Notes: generated from the letters alone by a model not told the origin. A DNA stretch of 63,341 nucleotides, filler included, from Candidatus Woesearchaeota archaeon CG1_02_57_44 (GCA_001871415.1; 4 parts of 4 records of this genome joined end to end with filler, not necessarily neighbours in it), one strand, 5' to 3'. Positions 9,296 through 19,266 are shown, counted from the first letter of the whole stretch. Numbers and translations are program-made.

Positions 9296-11200
9296 TCATA
9301 GTCTCAACCCTTCAGCCCCAATCTGCCTGCAAGGATAGGTTCCCAATACCGTCACCTGACAATGCTGCTCTGCTGTCCTGAGCGCCTCTGCCAGCGCTCC
9401 TGCAACAATTCCTTCGCAATCGACATAGAACACATAGGTGCCGAGACGCGCGCGGTTAGGCCTGCTCTCCAGCCTGGTAAGGTTCACATCCCGAAACGCA
9501 CCTAGCAGATCATAGAGCAGCCCTGGCCGGTCGCTGGTCGGTACCAGCAGCGCGCTGGTCTTGTATCGGGCATGCTGCGCTGCTCCATCCAGGGAGCCCT
9601 TGCGCAGTTCTCCTGTCTGGGCCGTATCTGATAACAGACCAGACGCCTTTGCCCCTTTCGGCGCGATGACCAGGAATCGTGTCACATTGCCTTTGACATC
9701 CTGGATGTTCCGGTGCAGGATAGACAGACCGTGTTGCGCCGCCGCCAGCGCGGTAGTGACTGCCGCGCTACGAGGACCGCACTGACGCGCGGTCTCAGCG
9801 TTGCTCGAGCAGTAGATGATCTTCGCTGACGGATACGTCCGCTGCAGGAATTGCCTGCACTGCATGTACGCGCTGGGGTGCGCGAAGACGCGCTCAATCT
9901 CCGCGGGTCGCATACCTGACTTCACCGCCAGCATATGGTTGATAGGAATCGTTATTTCTTCGAGTATATCGACATGGCCTGTGCCCAGCAGGTCCAGTAC
10001 CAACCCCTCGCTTCCGGACAAGGTGTTCTCAACAGGGACCACACCTCGGATGAAAGAGCATGGAGAAATATCCGCAGGCGATTGCGCTCTGGTCTGCTCT
10101 TCTCTCGCATCCAATGCCCCCTCTGTTCCCCCGGTCTCAAGCGTATTGACCTCAAGCGCGCTGAACACTTCCGCGACGTGCGACACGAACAACACCCTTG
10201 CCGCCGCGTCCGCCGCGAGCGCTGCCTGATGTGAAAACGTGCCTTCAGGACCAAGCGTGATGATAGTATGCTCATCCAAGAGTCCGAGCCCTACCGTAGG
10301 TAGTGCAGCAGGTGCTTTTGCCACGCTATCAGCCACCGTGCGTATGAGCCGGTCTGTCTCATCCATGGCCTGCGAGCAGAAATCTCCAGCGTGCGCCGCT
10401 GCTTCCTGAAAGAACCGTAAGAAACCATCCCGGTCTGGCGTCGCAAGTACGTTCTGTAGTTCTCGTAGCGCGGCGACATACGCGCCGATGCTTTCAGCAT
10501 TGTGCCTGTTCTGCAATTCGATATCCGCGTAGAGCTCTGGATCCTGCCCGAGTATCCTGCCGACCATGTCAAGGCGAATGCGATAGATTGGACTGCTGTA
10601 TTCCAGAAGCGCCTCTGGTTTCATACCAAGCCTGCGAAGCGCCATGCCAAGCCCGATGGTGCTGAAATGCTGCATGCCCTGGATGATGGCCATGTGCCTG
10701 TCATGCGTCGCCGCGTCCGTCTCCTTGATGACAGCGCCTTCTGAGCACAAGAAATCCAGCACCCATTTGTGCCAGGCATCACCCCTGCCCGGACAGACTA
10801 CGAACGTCTGTCCCTGGAAGGACTGCACTGATGGGCCAAAGACAGGATGCGTACCGACAACAGAACCTGTGCAGCGCTGCAGCATCGCGTTGAGGGGGAA
10901 TTCCTTGAGACTCGTGAGGTCCATGAGCAACGCATCCTTGCGGACCAAGGGCCCCACCTGCCTGATGACCTGCTCGGTGACCGCGATAGGTACGGTGATG
11001 ACGACAACATCGCATTGAGGCACCATCGCTTCCGGTGTGAGCGCTGTGCTCCTGGACGCGATAAGCACCCGATGCCCTCGGCGCTCCAGGATACCTGCGA
11101 ACAGCTGCCCCATCCTGCCTGTGCCGCCGACAATGCCGATGACCTTGGGGCCCGCCATGCCCCTGTCATCCCCCGTAGCGCCGCATCCTGCCATCAGCAT
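9296..11200 (-). CDS. tyrA-pheA: Prephenate dehydrogenase - prephenate dehydratase (+ACT) fusion
   Basis: IGIVGGTGRMG, DLTSLK, THPVFGP, HDRHMA (TyrA); LGPEGTFSH, PVENT, NVTRF, DRPGLL, LTRLESRP (PheA/ACT). Start could also be 11158. Confidence 0.92.
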   Translation of the reverse strand: MLMAGCGATGDDRGMAGPKVIGIVGGTGRMGQLFAGILERRGHRVLIASRSTALTPEAMVPQCDVVVITVPIAVTEQVIRQVGPLVRKDALLMDLTSLKEFPLNAMLQRCTGSVVGTHPVFGPSVQSFQGQTFVVCPGRGDAWHKWVLDFLCSEGAVIKETDAATHDRHMAIIQGMQHFSTIGLGMALRRLGMKPEALLEYSSPIYRIRLDMVGRILGQDPELYADIELQNRHNAESIGAYVAALRELQNVLATPDRDGFLRFFQEAAAHAGDFCSQAMDETDRLIRTVADSVAKAPAALPTVGLGLLDEHTIITLGPEGTFSHQAALAADAAARVLFVSHVAEVFSALEVNTLETGGTEGALDAREEQTRAQSPADISPCSFIRGVVPVENTLSGSEGLVLDLLGTGHVDILEEITIPINHMLAVKSGMRPAEIERVFAHPSAYMQCRQFLQRTYPSAKIIYCSSNAETARQCGPRSAAVTTALAAAQHGLSILHRNIQDVKGNVTRFLVIAPKGAKASGLLSDTAQTGELRKGSLDGAAQHARYKTSALLVPTSDRPGLLYDLLGAFRDVNLTRLESRPNRARLGTYVFYVDCEGIVAGALAEALRTAEQHCQVTVLGTYPCRQIGAEGLRL

Positions 11201-12342
11201 TCCTCTCCACTGCCTGATGGCCCCTGTTCCTGCGTTCCTGACAGTTGCATACGCGCGCACCTGGCGCGCAGCAGAAAGTCAGCGACGACCAATGCTGCCA
11301 TGGCCTCGACGACAGCAACCGCGCGGGAAACGACGCAGGGATCATGACGCGCGTCCGCAGGCGGCGCGAACGTGGCGGCTTTGCCTTGCAGATCAATAGT
11401 CTGCTGCTCCTTGCGTATCGTGCTCGTCGGCTTGAATCCGACCGTGCCGGTGAGCGGCATGCCGGTGGTGATGCCTCCTTGCACACCACCAGCATGATTA
11501 GTCTTGGCTGTCAGTTTCCCGTCGACAATGCCCGTCGGCACGTCATTATGCTCACTGCCACGCATCGCGCACGCATCAAATCCATTGCCCATACCGAACG
11601 CTTTCGCAGCCGGGATGCAGAGCATAGCTTTGGCAAGCTCAGATTCCATGCGCTCGTAGAGCGGCTCGCCCAGACCCGCAGGACAGCCTTCCACAGAGAA
11701 ACGCACAATGCCTCCCAAGCTATCACCTTCCTCTTTTGCCCTCAGGATAGCGACCTCCATGGCAGATGCTGCCTTGCGGTTTGGACATCGTAGCGCATTC
11801 TCTTCTGGATCGCAATCGTGCGCGCCATCACCCGTTGATTCCGACGCCGCAGGCATTGCCACATCACCTATCTGCTCCACCCATGCCCGCACGTGGATGC
11901 CCTGCTCGCTCAGCAGCGATTTCGCTATCGCGCCAGCCGCGACGCGGCACGCGGTCTCCCGCGCCGAAGCCCTGCCACCGCCGCGCCCATCAAAGGCACC
12001 ATATTTGGCAAGCCAGGAGAAATTAGCGTGGCCTGGTCGCACCAGCCCTTCCATGCCCTGATACTGTTCGCTTTTCGCGTCCTTGTTCCTGATGAGTATC
12101 GCGATGGGCGCTCCAGTGCTCTTGCCATCCAGGACGCCTGATAGCACTTCAGGCGTGTCATCTTCCTTCCTGCTGGTCGTGACCGCGCTCTGTCCTGGCC
12201 GCCTGCGGGATAGCTCCGCGGCGATAGCCTGTTCGTCCACCATGACACCTGCTGGACATCCATCGATGACGACGCCGATGGCCTTACCATGGCTTTCACC
12301 GAACGTGGTGATGCGAAAGATTGTTCCCATGCTATTTCCCAT
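11194..12342 (-). CDS. aroC: Chorismate synthase
   Basis: TTFGESHG, RPGHA, GGGRASARETA, FKPTSTI, RHDPCV. Confidence 0.95.
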   Translation of the reverse strand: MGNSMGTIFRITTFGESHGKAIGVVIDGCPAGVMVDEQAIAAELSRRRPGQSAVTTSRKEDDTPEVLSGVLDGKSTGAPIAILIRNKDAKSEQYQGMEGLVRPGHANFSWLAKYGAFDGRGGGRASARETACRVAAGAIAKSLLSEQGIHVRAWVEQIGDVAMPAASESTGDGAHDCDPEENALRCPNRKAASAMEVAILRAKEEGDSLGGIVRFSVEGCPAGLGEPLYERMESELAKAMLCIPAAKAFGMGNGFDACAMRGSEHNDVPTGIVDGKLTAKTNHAGGVQGGITTGMPLTGTVGFKPTSTIRKEQQTIDLQGKAATFAPPADARHDPCVVSRAVAVVEAMAALVVADFLLRARCARMQLSGTQEQGPSGSGEEC

Positions 12343-12344
12343 AA

Positions 12345-12986
12345 TCAGACACCTCTCTTCGAGCCTTCCATCAGTAGCGTGATCCCTTTTGCATCAAGAT
12401 CCCTCCTCAGTCGCAGCGCGCATCGCCTTGCCGTGCTCCGGTTCCAGACCGTGACATCAGCCAGTCGCTCATACGCCGGCATACGCTCATGCCAAAGCGC
12501 GACAAATGACTGTCGTGGCTTGCGCGCATCCAGCATAGCAGGGATTCCCTGCCGCATGATGCGTCGGTATGCTTCCTGCTTTGCGCATCGTATATGCACG
12601 AGGACCATACGACCTGCCTTCTGTTCCCGACGTAGCAGCGCCCTGTTGCGCTGCTGCAGGAGTGCGCCACCCCCAAGCGAAAGCACCGCTGTCTTTCCGG
12701 AGATATCTGCCACGACGCTGCCGAGCGCCTCGCGTTCCAAGGAGCGAAAGTAGCGTGCCCCGTGCGTAGCGTGGATGCTGCGCGCGCTGTGACTGCCTCT
12801 GCAACCAGGCTCATCAAAGACTTGCGCATGCAAGTCGCAGATGCGCGCATCTGCATCAACGAAGGACCAACCGAGCAGCTCGGCAAGTGCCATTCCTACG
12901 GTGGTTTTCCCTGCGCCCTTGAAACCGAGAAGGCAGATGCATGGTGACGACACCGATGACGTCGTGGTGCCTTGTTTTGGCTTCAT
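12345..12986 (-). CDS. aroK: Shikimate kinase (bacterial P-loop type)
   Basis: GFKGAGKTTVG, FVDAD, FRSLE, SLGGG, R..AY motifs. Confidence 0.9.
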   Translation of the reverse strand: MKPKQGTTTSSVSSPCICLLGFKGAGKTTVGMALAELLGWSFVDADARICDLHAQVFDEPGCRGSHSARSIHATHGARYFRSLEREALGSVVADISGKTAVLSLGGGALLQQRNRALLRREQKAGRMVLVHIRCAKQEAYRRIMRQGIPAMLDARKPRQSFVALWHERMPAYERLADVTVWNRSTARRCALRLRRDLDAKGITLLMEGSKRGV

Positions 12987-14374
12987 CTGCTCACCCTCTC
13001 CTGTGTGACAGACACCTTGGCGCCGATGCGCTCAAGCATGCGATAGAATCCAGGATAGGTGATGGACGCGCAACCCACATCAGCGATAATGGTCTCATCA
13101 GCTGCGACCAGCCCTGCCACGCTGAGCGCCATGGCCACCCGATGGTCTGCGTGACTATGCACCATCGCCCCTCGTAGCTGACTCCTCCGGACGCGCAATC
13201 CATCAGCAGTCGCCTCGATATCTGCTCCGAGCAGGGCAAGCTCTTTGGCCATGACCGCTATCCGGTCCGTCTCCTTGCTGCGCGCGTGGGCACAGCCATA
13301 CAGTATAGTCTCGCCCTCTGCCTGCGTAGCTACAACAGCCAGGATGGGCAGCAAGTCCGGTGTATCGGAGAGATTGACGCACACGCCCCTAAGCGCTGTT
13401 TTGGATACCGTGACATTTCGACAGCCTCCCTCAGTTCCATCCTTCCCTCCCGTGTCCTGGCGCGCCCAGTCAACACGCGAGCCCATCTGTCTAAGCACAT
13501 CCAGTATTGCCTTATCACCCTGAGCGTCATCAGGATATAGCCCGGTGACCGTCACCGTGCCTGTAAGAGCGCCTGCGCAGAGCGCGAATGCCGCACTGCT
13601 CCAATCTCCCGGGACGGTCTTGTCAAACGCCTGATAGCGCTGTCCACCAGGAACGTGGAAGCGGATGGGAAAATCATCATGAACAACAGCGCCAAGCTCA
13701 CGCATCCACGCGAGCGTCATGCGCACATAGGGTTGCTCTCGCAGATGCTCCGGCAGTATGATGGCGTCTCCTCTGCCAAGCGCGCTGGCGATGAGCAACG
13801 AGGAGGTGAACTGGCTATTGCTGCCGTCGACCGTAGTCATGCCGCCGCGCAGCGTGCCCGCGACTGTGCAGGGGCAGACGCCTCCTGGATTGCAGCTGGT
13901 ACTCGCGCCTAATGCGAAAAGCGCATCAAGCAACGACTTGACAGGACGCCTGCGGATGCTCGCATCACCGTCGAAACGGGTGATACCACGCCGCAGCGCG
14001 GCGATGCCGGATACAAGGGTCAAGGTGGTCCCTGAATTGCCGACGTCAATGGATACATTGCCGTCCACCAGCGCGCTATTCGTGCCCTTCAGTCTGATGA
14101 TGGTCCCCGCGCGCTCGGCAGCCCTGGATCCAGAGACGCTGGCAGCGACAGGACCGTCAACGATCGCGCCCAGCGCTTGGCATGCCTTGAGCGCTGATGC
14201 GCCATCTCCATCGAGCAAGGGATTACGGATGATGCTCTCCCCATCAGCGAGACTCGCCAGCACAAACGCGCGGATAGTATGGCTCTTGGAAGGCGGCGCG
14301 ATGACACTGCCCTGCACAGTGGATCCATGGACAACTGCGCAGGATACGGACCCTTCAACCTCCGGACTATTCAC
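12983..14374 (-). CDS. aroA: 3-phosphoshikimate 1-carboxyvinyltransferase (EPSP synthase)
   Basis: PPSKSHTIR, GNSGTT, SQFTSSLL, KETDRI, DHRVAM, YPGF. Confidence 0.95.
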   Translation of the reverse strand: MNSPEVEGSVSCAVVHGSTVQGSVIAPPSKSHTIRAFVLASLADGESIIRNPLLDGDGASALKACQALGAIVDGPVAASVSGSRAAERAGTIIRLKGTNSALVDGNVSIDVGNSGTTLTLVSGIAALRRGITRFDGDASIRRRPVKSLLDALFALGASTSCNPGGVCPCTVAGTLRGGMTTVDGSNSQFTSSLLIASALGRGDAIILPEHLREQPYVRMTLAWMRELGAVVHDDFPIRFHVPGGQRYQAFDKTVPGDWSSAAFALCAGALTGTVTVTGLYPDDAQGDKAILDVLRQMGSRVDWARQDTGGKDGTEGGCRNVTVSKTALRGVCVNLSDTPDLLPILAVVATQAEGETILYGCAHARSKETDRIAVMAKELALLGADIEATADGLRVRRSQLRGAMVHSHADHRVAMALSVAGLVAADETIIADVGCASITYPGFYRMLERIGAKVSVTQERVSR

Positions 14375-16428
14375 TGCCCATCACCCATTGACGATTGTGC
14401 ATCAGGGGGGTCATCAACCTCATCAGGATCGTCGGACCCATCAGACCAATCAGGGGATGTGCCCGGCAGAGCATCTTCCACGCTCTGGGTCTCCGATGCG
14501 ACAGCATCAAGGATTGATCCTGGATGCCCATTGCCATCGGTGCTGTCTGCAGGTTCCTGCTGCTCCTGACCCGTGCGCTCCCGCTCTTCCCGCAGTGTCT
14601 CCTCTATGATGGATACGCAGATGTCTGCGGGCCTGCCTGTCCAGTGCTGTGCTTGAAGTGCTGCCTGTGCCCTGAACATCGCAAGGCCATTGATGGTCCT
14701 GCATGGCGCCTCAGTGATCAAACGTGTCCGTAGCGGCGCATAGATGATATCCATGAGCAGCGCGTCCTTTCGTATCTGCCTGACCAGCGCAAGGGGTAGC
14801 GGCATGACCTGCATGTCCGGCGCCATGCCTACCGTAGTGGTATTGATGATGATATCATAGGATGCGACGCTTGGCGGTGGCAGTCTCACCGCAAGCCCTC
14901 CGACAGTTCGTGCCAGTTGCTCAGCATGCGTCAACGTCCGGTTGGAGATGGTCAATGCGCACCCTCTCTGCCGGAGACTGTGCGCGATGGCGCGCGCCGC
15001 GCCTCCAGCTCCGAGGATAAGGACTTTTTTGTCATGCAAAACCCCCTGGGCCCCTGCCGGCGATTGAATAGGCGATGGTTCAGTTGGATCCTGGACCTCT
15101 TCGCGCCGCGACTGTTGTTGCGTCTCATCTACCCATGCGCCCCTGTCAAGCGATGCAGCTTCAGGAGTTTCAGCATCAGTCTGTTGCATTGGTCGCGGAC
15201 ATTCTGCGACAGGTTTGACCTGCGCGACCTCGGTCTCGCGCAGTACGTCTTCCAGCTGTTCCAGGAAATGCTCGTCAATGCCTTCACGCAGATGCGATTC
15301 CAGCACCTCAGCGACCGCTTGCCCATCAGTATTGAACCCGCTGAGTATGCGGGTGCTGATGGACGCCTCTGCGATGATGGTGTTGACCGCCTCCGCCGTC
15401 TCGGAAGCGTCGTCGAGCAGCTGGCACGCATGATATGCGTCATGTTTGCAGGGCGCGGTGACCGATAGCCCTCCAAGGCGCAGGGGCATACGTCGGGCTT
15501 CGCGTATGAATGTCATGAAGTCCTGCACCGCGAAGTGGACATAGATGGCGTCAATACCAAAGTGCCGGAAGATCCTATTGTGCAGGAGAGGAGAGAGGCT
15601 GTGCGCTACAGGATTGCCTACGATACCATAGACGCGCGTGCGCGTGGAATGCGACGACAGGCAAAAGACATCGCGTAGTTCATGCAGCGTGTACTGTCCG
15701 GGCGCAGCCAATGTTCCCGCCTCCGCTGTTCGCTGCGTCCCTTCCTGTTCTTGCGCATCATCCCAGCCGCCCGCGCAGTACGCTATGGCGCTGCCAAGCA
15801 ACGGGCCCAATATCCGTGTATGCCTGCCAAGTCCACCCATGGCGATGCCGATGACCTGCGCATGGCTTCGCCACTGGTCAAGCGCGTGCAGAACCGTAAA
15901 ACCATCAGCGTCGTCCACTGCCATGCCAGCGTACTTGGCGATGTCAGCGCCGTGGCTGAACGCCTTGATGTACCAGGACAGGATATTGCCCACCGTCTCA
16001 GTTCCCTGGATATCATGGCGTGACAGGATGCGTTGCGGAATATGCTGGCCTGACTGCGAATTGCTACCCCCTGCACCAGCCACGCTCCCTTTTTTTATTG
16101 CTAGCGCATCCCACAACCCGGAGCTCTCGTCAATGTCCCAGTAGGCCGCATCAGCGGCCGCCTGATAGAGCGCGATGCGTTCATCGTTTGGCAAAGAGCA
16201 GTTGCCGCCTTCTTCGCTGCTGCGCAGCGTGAAGATGATGCACTCCTGTGCCAGGTTGACCAGTTCCGTGACCAGTTCAGGAGTGATATCAGTGATGCGA
16301 TCAGCGCGAAGCTCCATCAGGACACCATCTCCACGGGCATCAGGGTCGGCCATGACCGATTCCATCTGCCTGCGCGCGTCATCGACCGTAGGGCCGGTGA
16401 TGCACACGCAATAGCGCATCCTGCTCAT
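14371..16428 (-). CDS. aroD-aroE: Type I 3-dehydroquinate dehydratase - shikimate dehydrogenase fusion
   Basis: ELRAD, TLRS.EEGG, SRHD, DIAK, APGQ (AroD); GNPVAHSLSP, SVTAPCK, AVNT, NTDG, GAGGAA, NTTTVGM, DIIYAP (AroE). Confidence 0.92.
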   Translation of the reverse strand: MSRMRYCVCITGPTVDDARRQMESVMADPDARGDGVLMELRADRITDITPELVTELVNLAQECIIFTLRSSEEGGNCSLPNDERIALYQAAADAAYWDIDESSGLWDALAIKKGSVAGAGGSNSQSGQHIPQRILSRHDIQGTETVGNILSWYIKAFSHGADIAKYAGMAVDDADGFTVLHALDQWRSHAQVIGIAMGGLGRHTRILGPLLGSAIAYCAGGWDDAQEQEGTQRTAEAGTLAAPGQYTLHELRDVFCLSSHSTRTRVYGIVGNPVAHSLSPLLHNRIFRHFGIDAIYVHFAVQDFMTFIREARRMPLRLGGLSVTAPCKHDAYHACQLLDDASETAEAVNTIIAEASISTRILSGFNTDGQAVAEVLESHLREGIDEHFLEQLEDVLRETEVAQVKPVAECPRPMQQTDAETPEAASLDRGAWVDETQQQSRREEVQDPTEPSPIQSPAGAQGVLHDKKVLILGAGGAARAIAHSLRQRGCALTISNRTLTHAEQLARTVGGLAVRLPPPSVASYDIIINTTTVGMAPDMQVMPLPLALVRQIRKDALLMDIIYAPLRTRLITEAPCRTINGLAMFRAQAALQAQHWTGRPADICVSIIEETLREERERTGQEQQEPADSTDGNGHPGSILDAVASETQSVEDALPGTSPDWSDGSDDPDEVDDPPDAQSSMGDGQ

Positions 16429-17933
16429 GGAGCATCCTCCTTGGCGCCCTTATTGTTTATTGCCTTCGTATCCTGTTCATTCACCGTCACACCCATCACT
16501 AGCCTGTTTGTCTCCTCTACTGCACGACCCGTCTTCGCGTTGCGCTCCTGCAGAAGTCGCGACTGCCTGATGATCTCTTGCATGACCGCGAGAGCCGCGT
16601 CCTCGTCAAGGCCCAACTGCTTGGCATCTCTTCGCGCGGTATCCAGCACCGCCGCTTCGCGACCCTGATCGAGCACAGCCGCCCCTTGCTTTATTTTCTG
16701 CGTTCCTATCTGCGCGACGATACCCTGCCGTCTTGTGAGATGCACCATCAGTTCCTGATCCAATGCATCGATGCATCGACGAAGTGATGCGATTTCATCA
16801 ACCCCTCCAGAGGATACCGAGCAGGACAGTGCAGGAGCATCCGTTGAGACACAATCCTTATAGCAATGCAGTATCAATTCTGTTTCAGCACCGATGAGCC
16901 ACGGCTCGCTTGTGTCGCCCATGCCTGACAGCCTGACAAAGCGGGCAGCACCGTGTGATGATTTCTTGTCCATGCGCATACTGGCGAGCAGCGCTGCGTC
17001 TGCGACATCAGGAACCATCGTCGGAAGCCCAGCAGCAGTGAGCACGGAAAGCAAGAGCTCACGCTCATCAGGGAGTATATGGCCGAGGCGCTCCAGGAGC
17101 AATGACTCGACGCTCAATCCCATGGCGACGCAGGCGCCATGAGAGAACGCATAGCCTGACAATTGCTCAATAGCATGACCGATAGTATGGCCGAAGTTCA
17201 GTATGACGCGCCTGCCTTGCTCAGCCATGTCATCCGCGACGACGGCCTGCTTGAAGTCCATGCAGTGCCGTATGACGCGCTCGACGCCGGGTGACGCAAC
17301 GGATACAGACAGATCCCTCAGCGATGCGATGTCCTTGAGCAACGCCGCATTGCTGAGCATCGCGGTCTTGATGGCTTCAGCCATCCCGTTGCGCAGCTCC
17401 TCATCAGGCAGCGTCGCCAGAAGGTCCATGTCAGCGAAGACTGCTGAGGGTTCATGGAAAGCGCCGATGAGATTCTTTCCCTGGGCGACGTCGATGGCGG
17501 TCTTGCCACCGATAGACGCGTCCACCATGGCCAACAAGGTGGTAGGCACCGTGCACCAGGGAATGCCCCTGCAGTAGGTCGCCGCGACGAATCCCGCGAG
17601 GTCCGTCAAGCTGCCGCCTCCTATCGCGATGATGGCGCTGTCCCGGCCAAAGCCTGCATCAAGCATCGAGTCCTCTATCCACGTCTTCATGGCGCGGGTC
17701 TTGAGCGCGGGTACTGCGATGCGGACAGTACCTGCGGGCAACGCAGCAAGCAATCGGGACACGAACGCGCCATGCAGCTTGGCTACGTTCTGGTCCACGA
17801 TGACAGCGATGCACCTGCCCTTCCAGGTGTCGGTGACGAAGCTGGCGATGTCATCAGCAAGCCCGTGGCCAAGCTGCAGCTTCGGCCGTGGATTCAGCCG
17901 CTCTTTCGCTGTCGCGTCTCGCGCATCCTTCAT
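16425..17933 (-). CDS. aroB: 3-dehydroquinate synthase - chorismate mutase (AroQ type) fusion
   Basis: GGGSLTDLAGF, PTTLLAMVDASIGGK, LNFGHTIGHA (AroB); C-terminal LRRCIDALDQEL...IGTQK...DQGRE...SRLLQ (CM). Confidence 0.92.
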   Translation of the reverse strand: MKDARDATAKERLNPRPKLQLGHGLADDIASFVTDTWKGRCIAVIVDQNVAKLHGAFVSRLLAALPAGTVRIAVPALKTRAMKTWIEDSMLDAGFGRDSAIIAIGGGSLTDLAGFVAATYCRGIPWCTVPTTLLAMVDASIGGKTAIDVAQGKNLIGAFHEPSAVFADMDLLATLPDEELRNGMAEAIKTAMLSNAALLKDIASLRDLSVSVASPGVERVIRHCMDFKQAVVADDMAEQGRRVILNFGHTIGHAIEQLSGYAFSHGACVAMGLSVESLLLERLGHILPDERELLLSVLTAAGLPTMVPDVADAALLASMRMDKKSSHGAARFVRLSGMGDTSEPWLIGAETELILHCYKDCVSTDAPALSCSVSSGGVDEIASLRRCIDALDQELMVHLTRRQGIVAQIGTQKIKQGAAVLDQGREAAVLDTARRDAKQLGLDEDAALAVMQEIIRQSRLLQERNAKTGRAVEETNRLVMGVTVNEQDTKAINNKGAKEDAP

Positions 17934-18964
17934 GTCTCGTCCCTCACCGCCGTGTGCATCGCCCTGGCCTTGCGGATGATGACCGCGAGCGTCTCAGGCG
18001 TGACCTGCTGGAACGCGTCGGTCAATGCCTCTTCCGGTCTCGGGTGCATCTCTATCATCAGTCCGTCAGCTCCTGCTGCGACAGAGGCAAGGCTCATGGG
18101 CATAATAAGGTTGCGCCGGCCAGTGCCGTGGCTGGGGTCCGAGAAGATGGGTAGATGAGAGAGCTCGTACTTGATGGCCGCGACGCTGTTAAGGTCAAGG
18201 GTATTGCGCGTGTATTTCTCGAACGTGGTGATGCCGCGCTCACATAATATGACCTTTGTGTTGCCATGGCTCATGATGCGCTCGGCGCAAAGCAGCCATT
18301 CCTCAAGCAAGGTTCCCATCTCGCGCTTCAGGAACACGGGGCGCTTCTGTTTGCCCAGCTCATTGAGCAGATGGAAGTTCCTGCCGTTCCTGCTACCGAC
18401 CTGGATGATATCGATATCGTATTTCTCGAATAGCGGCAGTTGCGCCTCGCTCATGATCTCCGTCACCACAGGCAGGCCATATTTGTCCCGCGCCTTGGCG
18501 AGCAGCGCCAGTCCTTCCTCGCCCAGTCCTTCGAATGCATAGGGACTGGTGCGTGGCTTGAACGCGCCACCGCGCAGGATATCGCCGCCCGCTTCCTTGA
18601 TCGCCCTGGCACTGGCCATGATCTGCTCTTCTGATTCAACGGTACATGGACCGGCCATGATGACCAGCTTGCCGTTGCCGATGCTGAGATTGCCGACCGT
18701 GAAGCTGGTGTACGAGCTCTTGCCATTGACGTGCTGATGATATTCCTTGCTCGCGAGCTTGTAGTTCTTGCTGATGCGATACACGTCCTGCACGCCCGGC
18801 AGGCGAAGCTGGTCCTCGTGTATCTTGCTCACGTCCCCTCGGACGCCGAGCACAGACCTCTCGGTACCCACTATCTCGGCAGCGTCAAGGCCAAGCGCCT
18901 TGATGCGTGCTACGACCTTGTCTTTCTGCCCTTTCGTTGCCATCCTGTCCATCTTCACTATCAT
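17930..18964 (-). CDS. aroF: DAHP synthase type I-beta with N-terminal ferredoxin/ACT-like regulatory domain
   Basis: AGPCTVES, GGAFKPRTSPY, LCERGI, DPSHGTG, IEMHP; GAGGTGA SD at 18971-18977. Confidence 0.95.
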   Translation of the reverse strand: MIVKMDRMATKGQKDKVVARIKALGLDAAEIVGTERSVLGVRGDVSKIHEDQLRLPGVQDVYRISKNYKLASKEYHQHVNGKSSYTSFTVGNLSIGNGKLVIMAGPCTVESEEQIMASARAIKEAGGDILRGGAFKPRTSPYAFEGLGEEGLALLAKARDKYGLPVVTEIMSEAQLPLFEKYDIDIIQVGSRNGRNFHLLNELGKQKRPVFLKREMGTLLEEWLLCAERIMSHGNTKVILCERGITTFEKYTRNTLDLNSVAAIKYELSHLPIFSDPSHGTGRRNLIMPMSLASVAAGADGLMIEMHPRPEEALTDAFQQVTPETLAVIIRKARAMHTAVRDET

Positions 18965-19080
18965 CGTTGTTCACCTCAGTAATGTGCGATAATCATTGAT
19001 ATGCTTACCAATATGGCGCATGAGCGTATGCCTGCCACCCAATGCTGCCGAAGAGGGCTGATAGATTGGTACGCATCCAC

Positions 19081-19096
19081 AGGGAAAAAGGAAAAA
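19081..19096 (-). terminator. Pyrimidine/oligo-U tract in aro operon leader (candidate conditional terminator)
   Basis: Minus strand TTTTTCCTTTTTCCCT between the leader peptide and aroF. Confidence 0.5.
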
Positions 19097-19230
19097 TCGC
19101 TGCTATATAGAGAAGATGTATCGCGTGCTGGATGTGATATCGCGTTCTGGATATAGTATGGCTATAGACAATACATCCCTCTTTCGCTCATGCGCGTCGG
19201 GCGTGTAATCTGGAACTTCCCGGACAATGG

Positions 19231-19266
19231 GAGCGTTCATGCGCCAGAAACAGGCAATGAACGCTC
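19231..19266 (-). promoter_or_regulatory. Leader hairpin beginning inside the leader-peptide stop codon
   Basis: GAGCGTTCAT (19266-19257) pairs perfectly with ATGAACGCTC (19240-19231), with an inner TGCC/GGCG extension. Confidence 0.7.
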
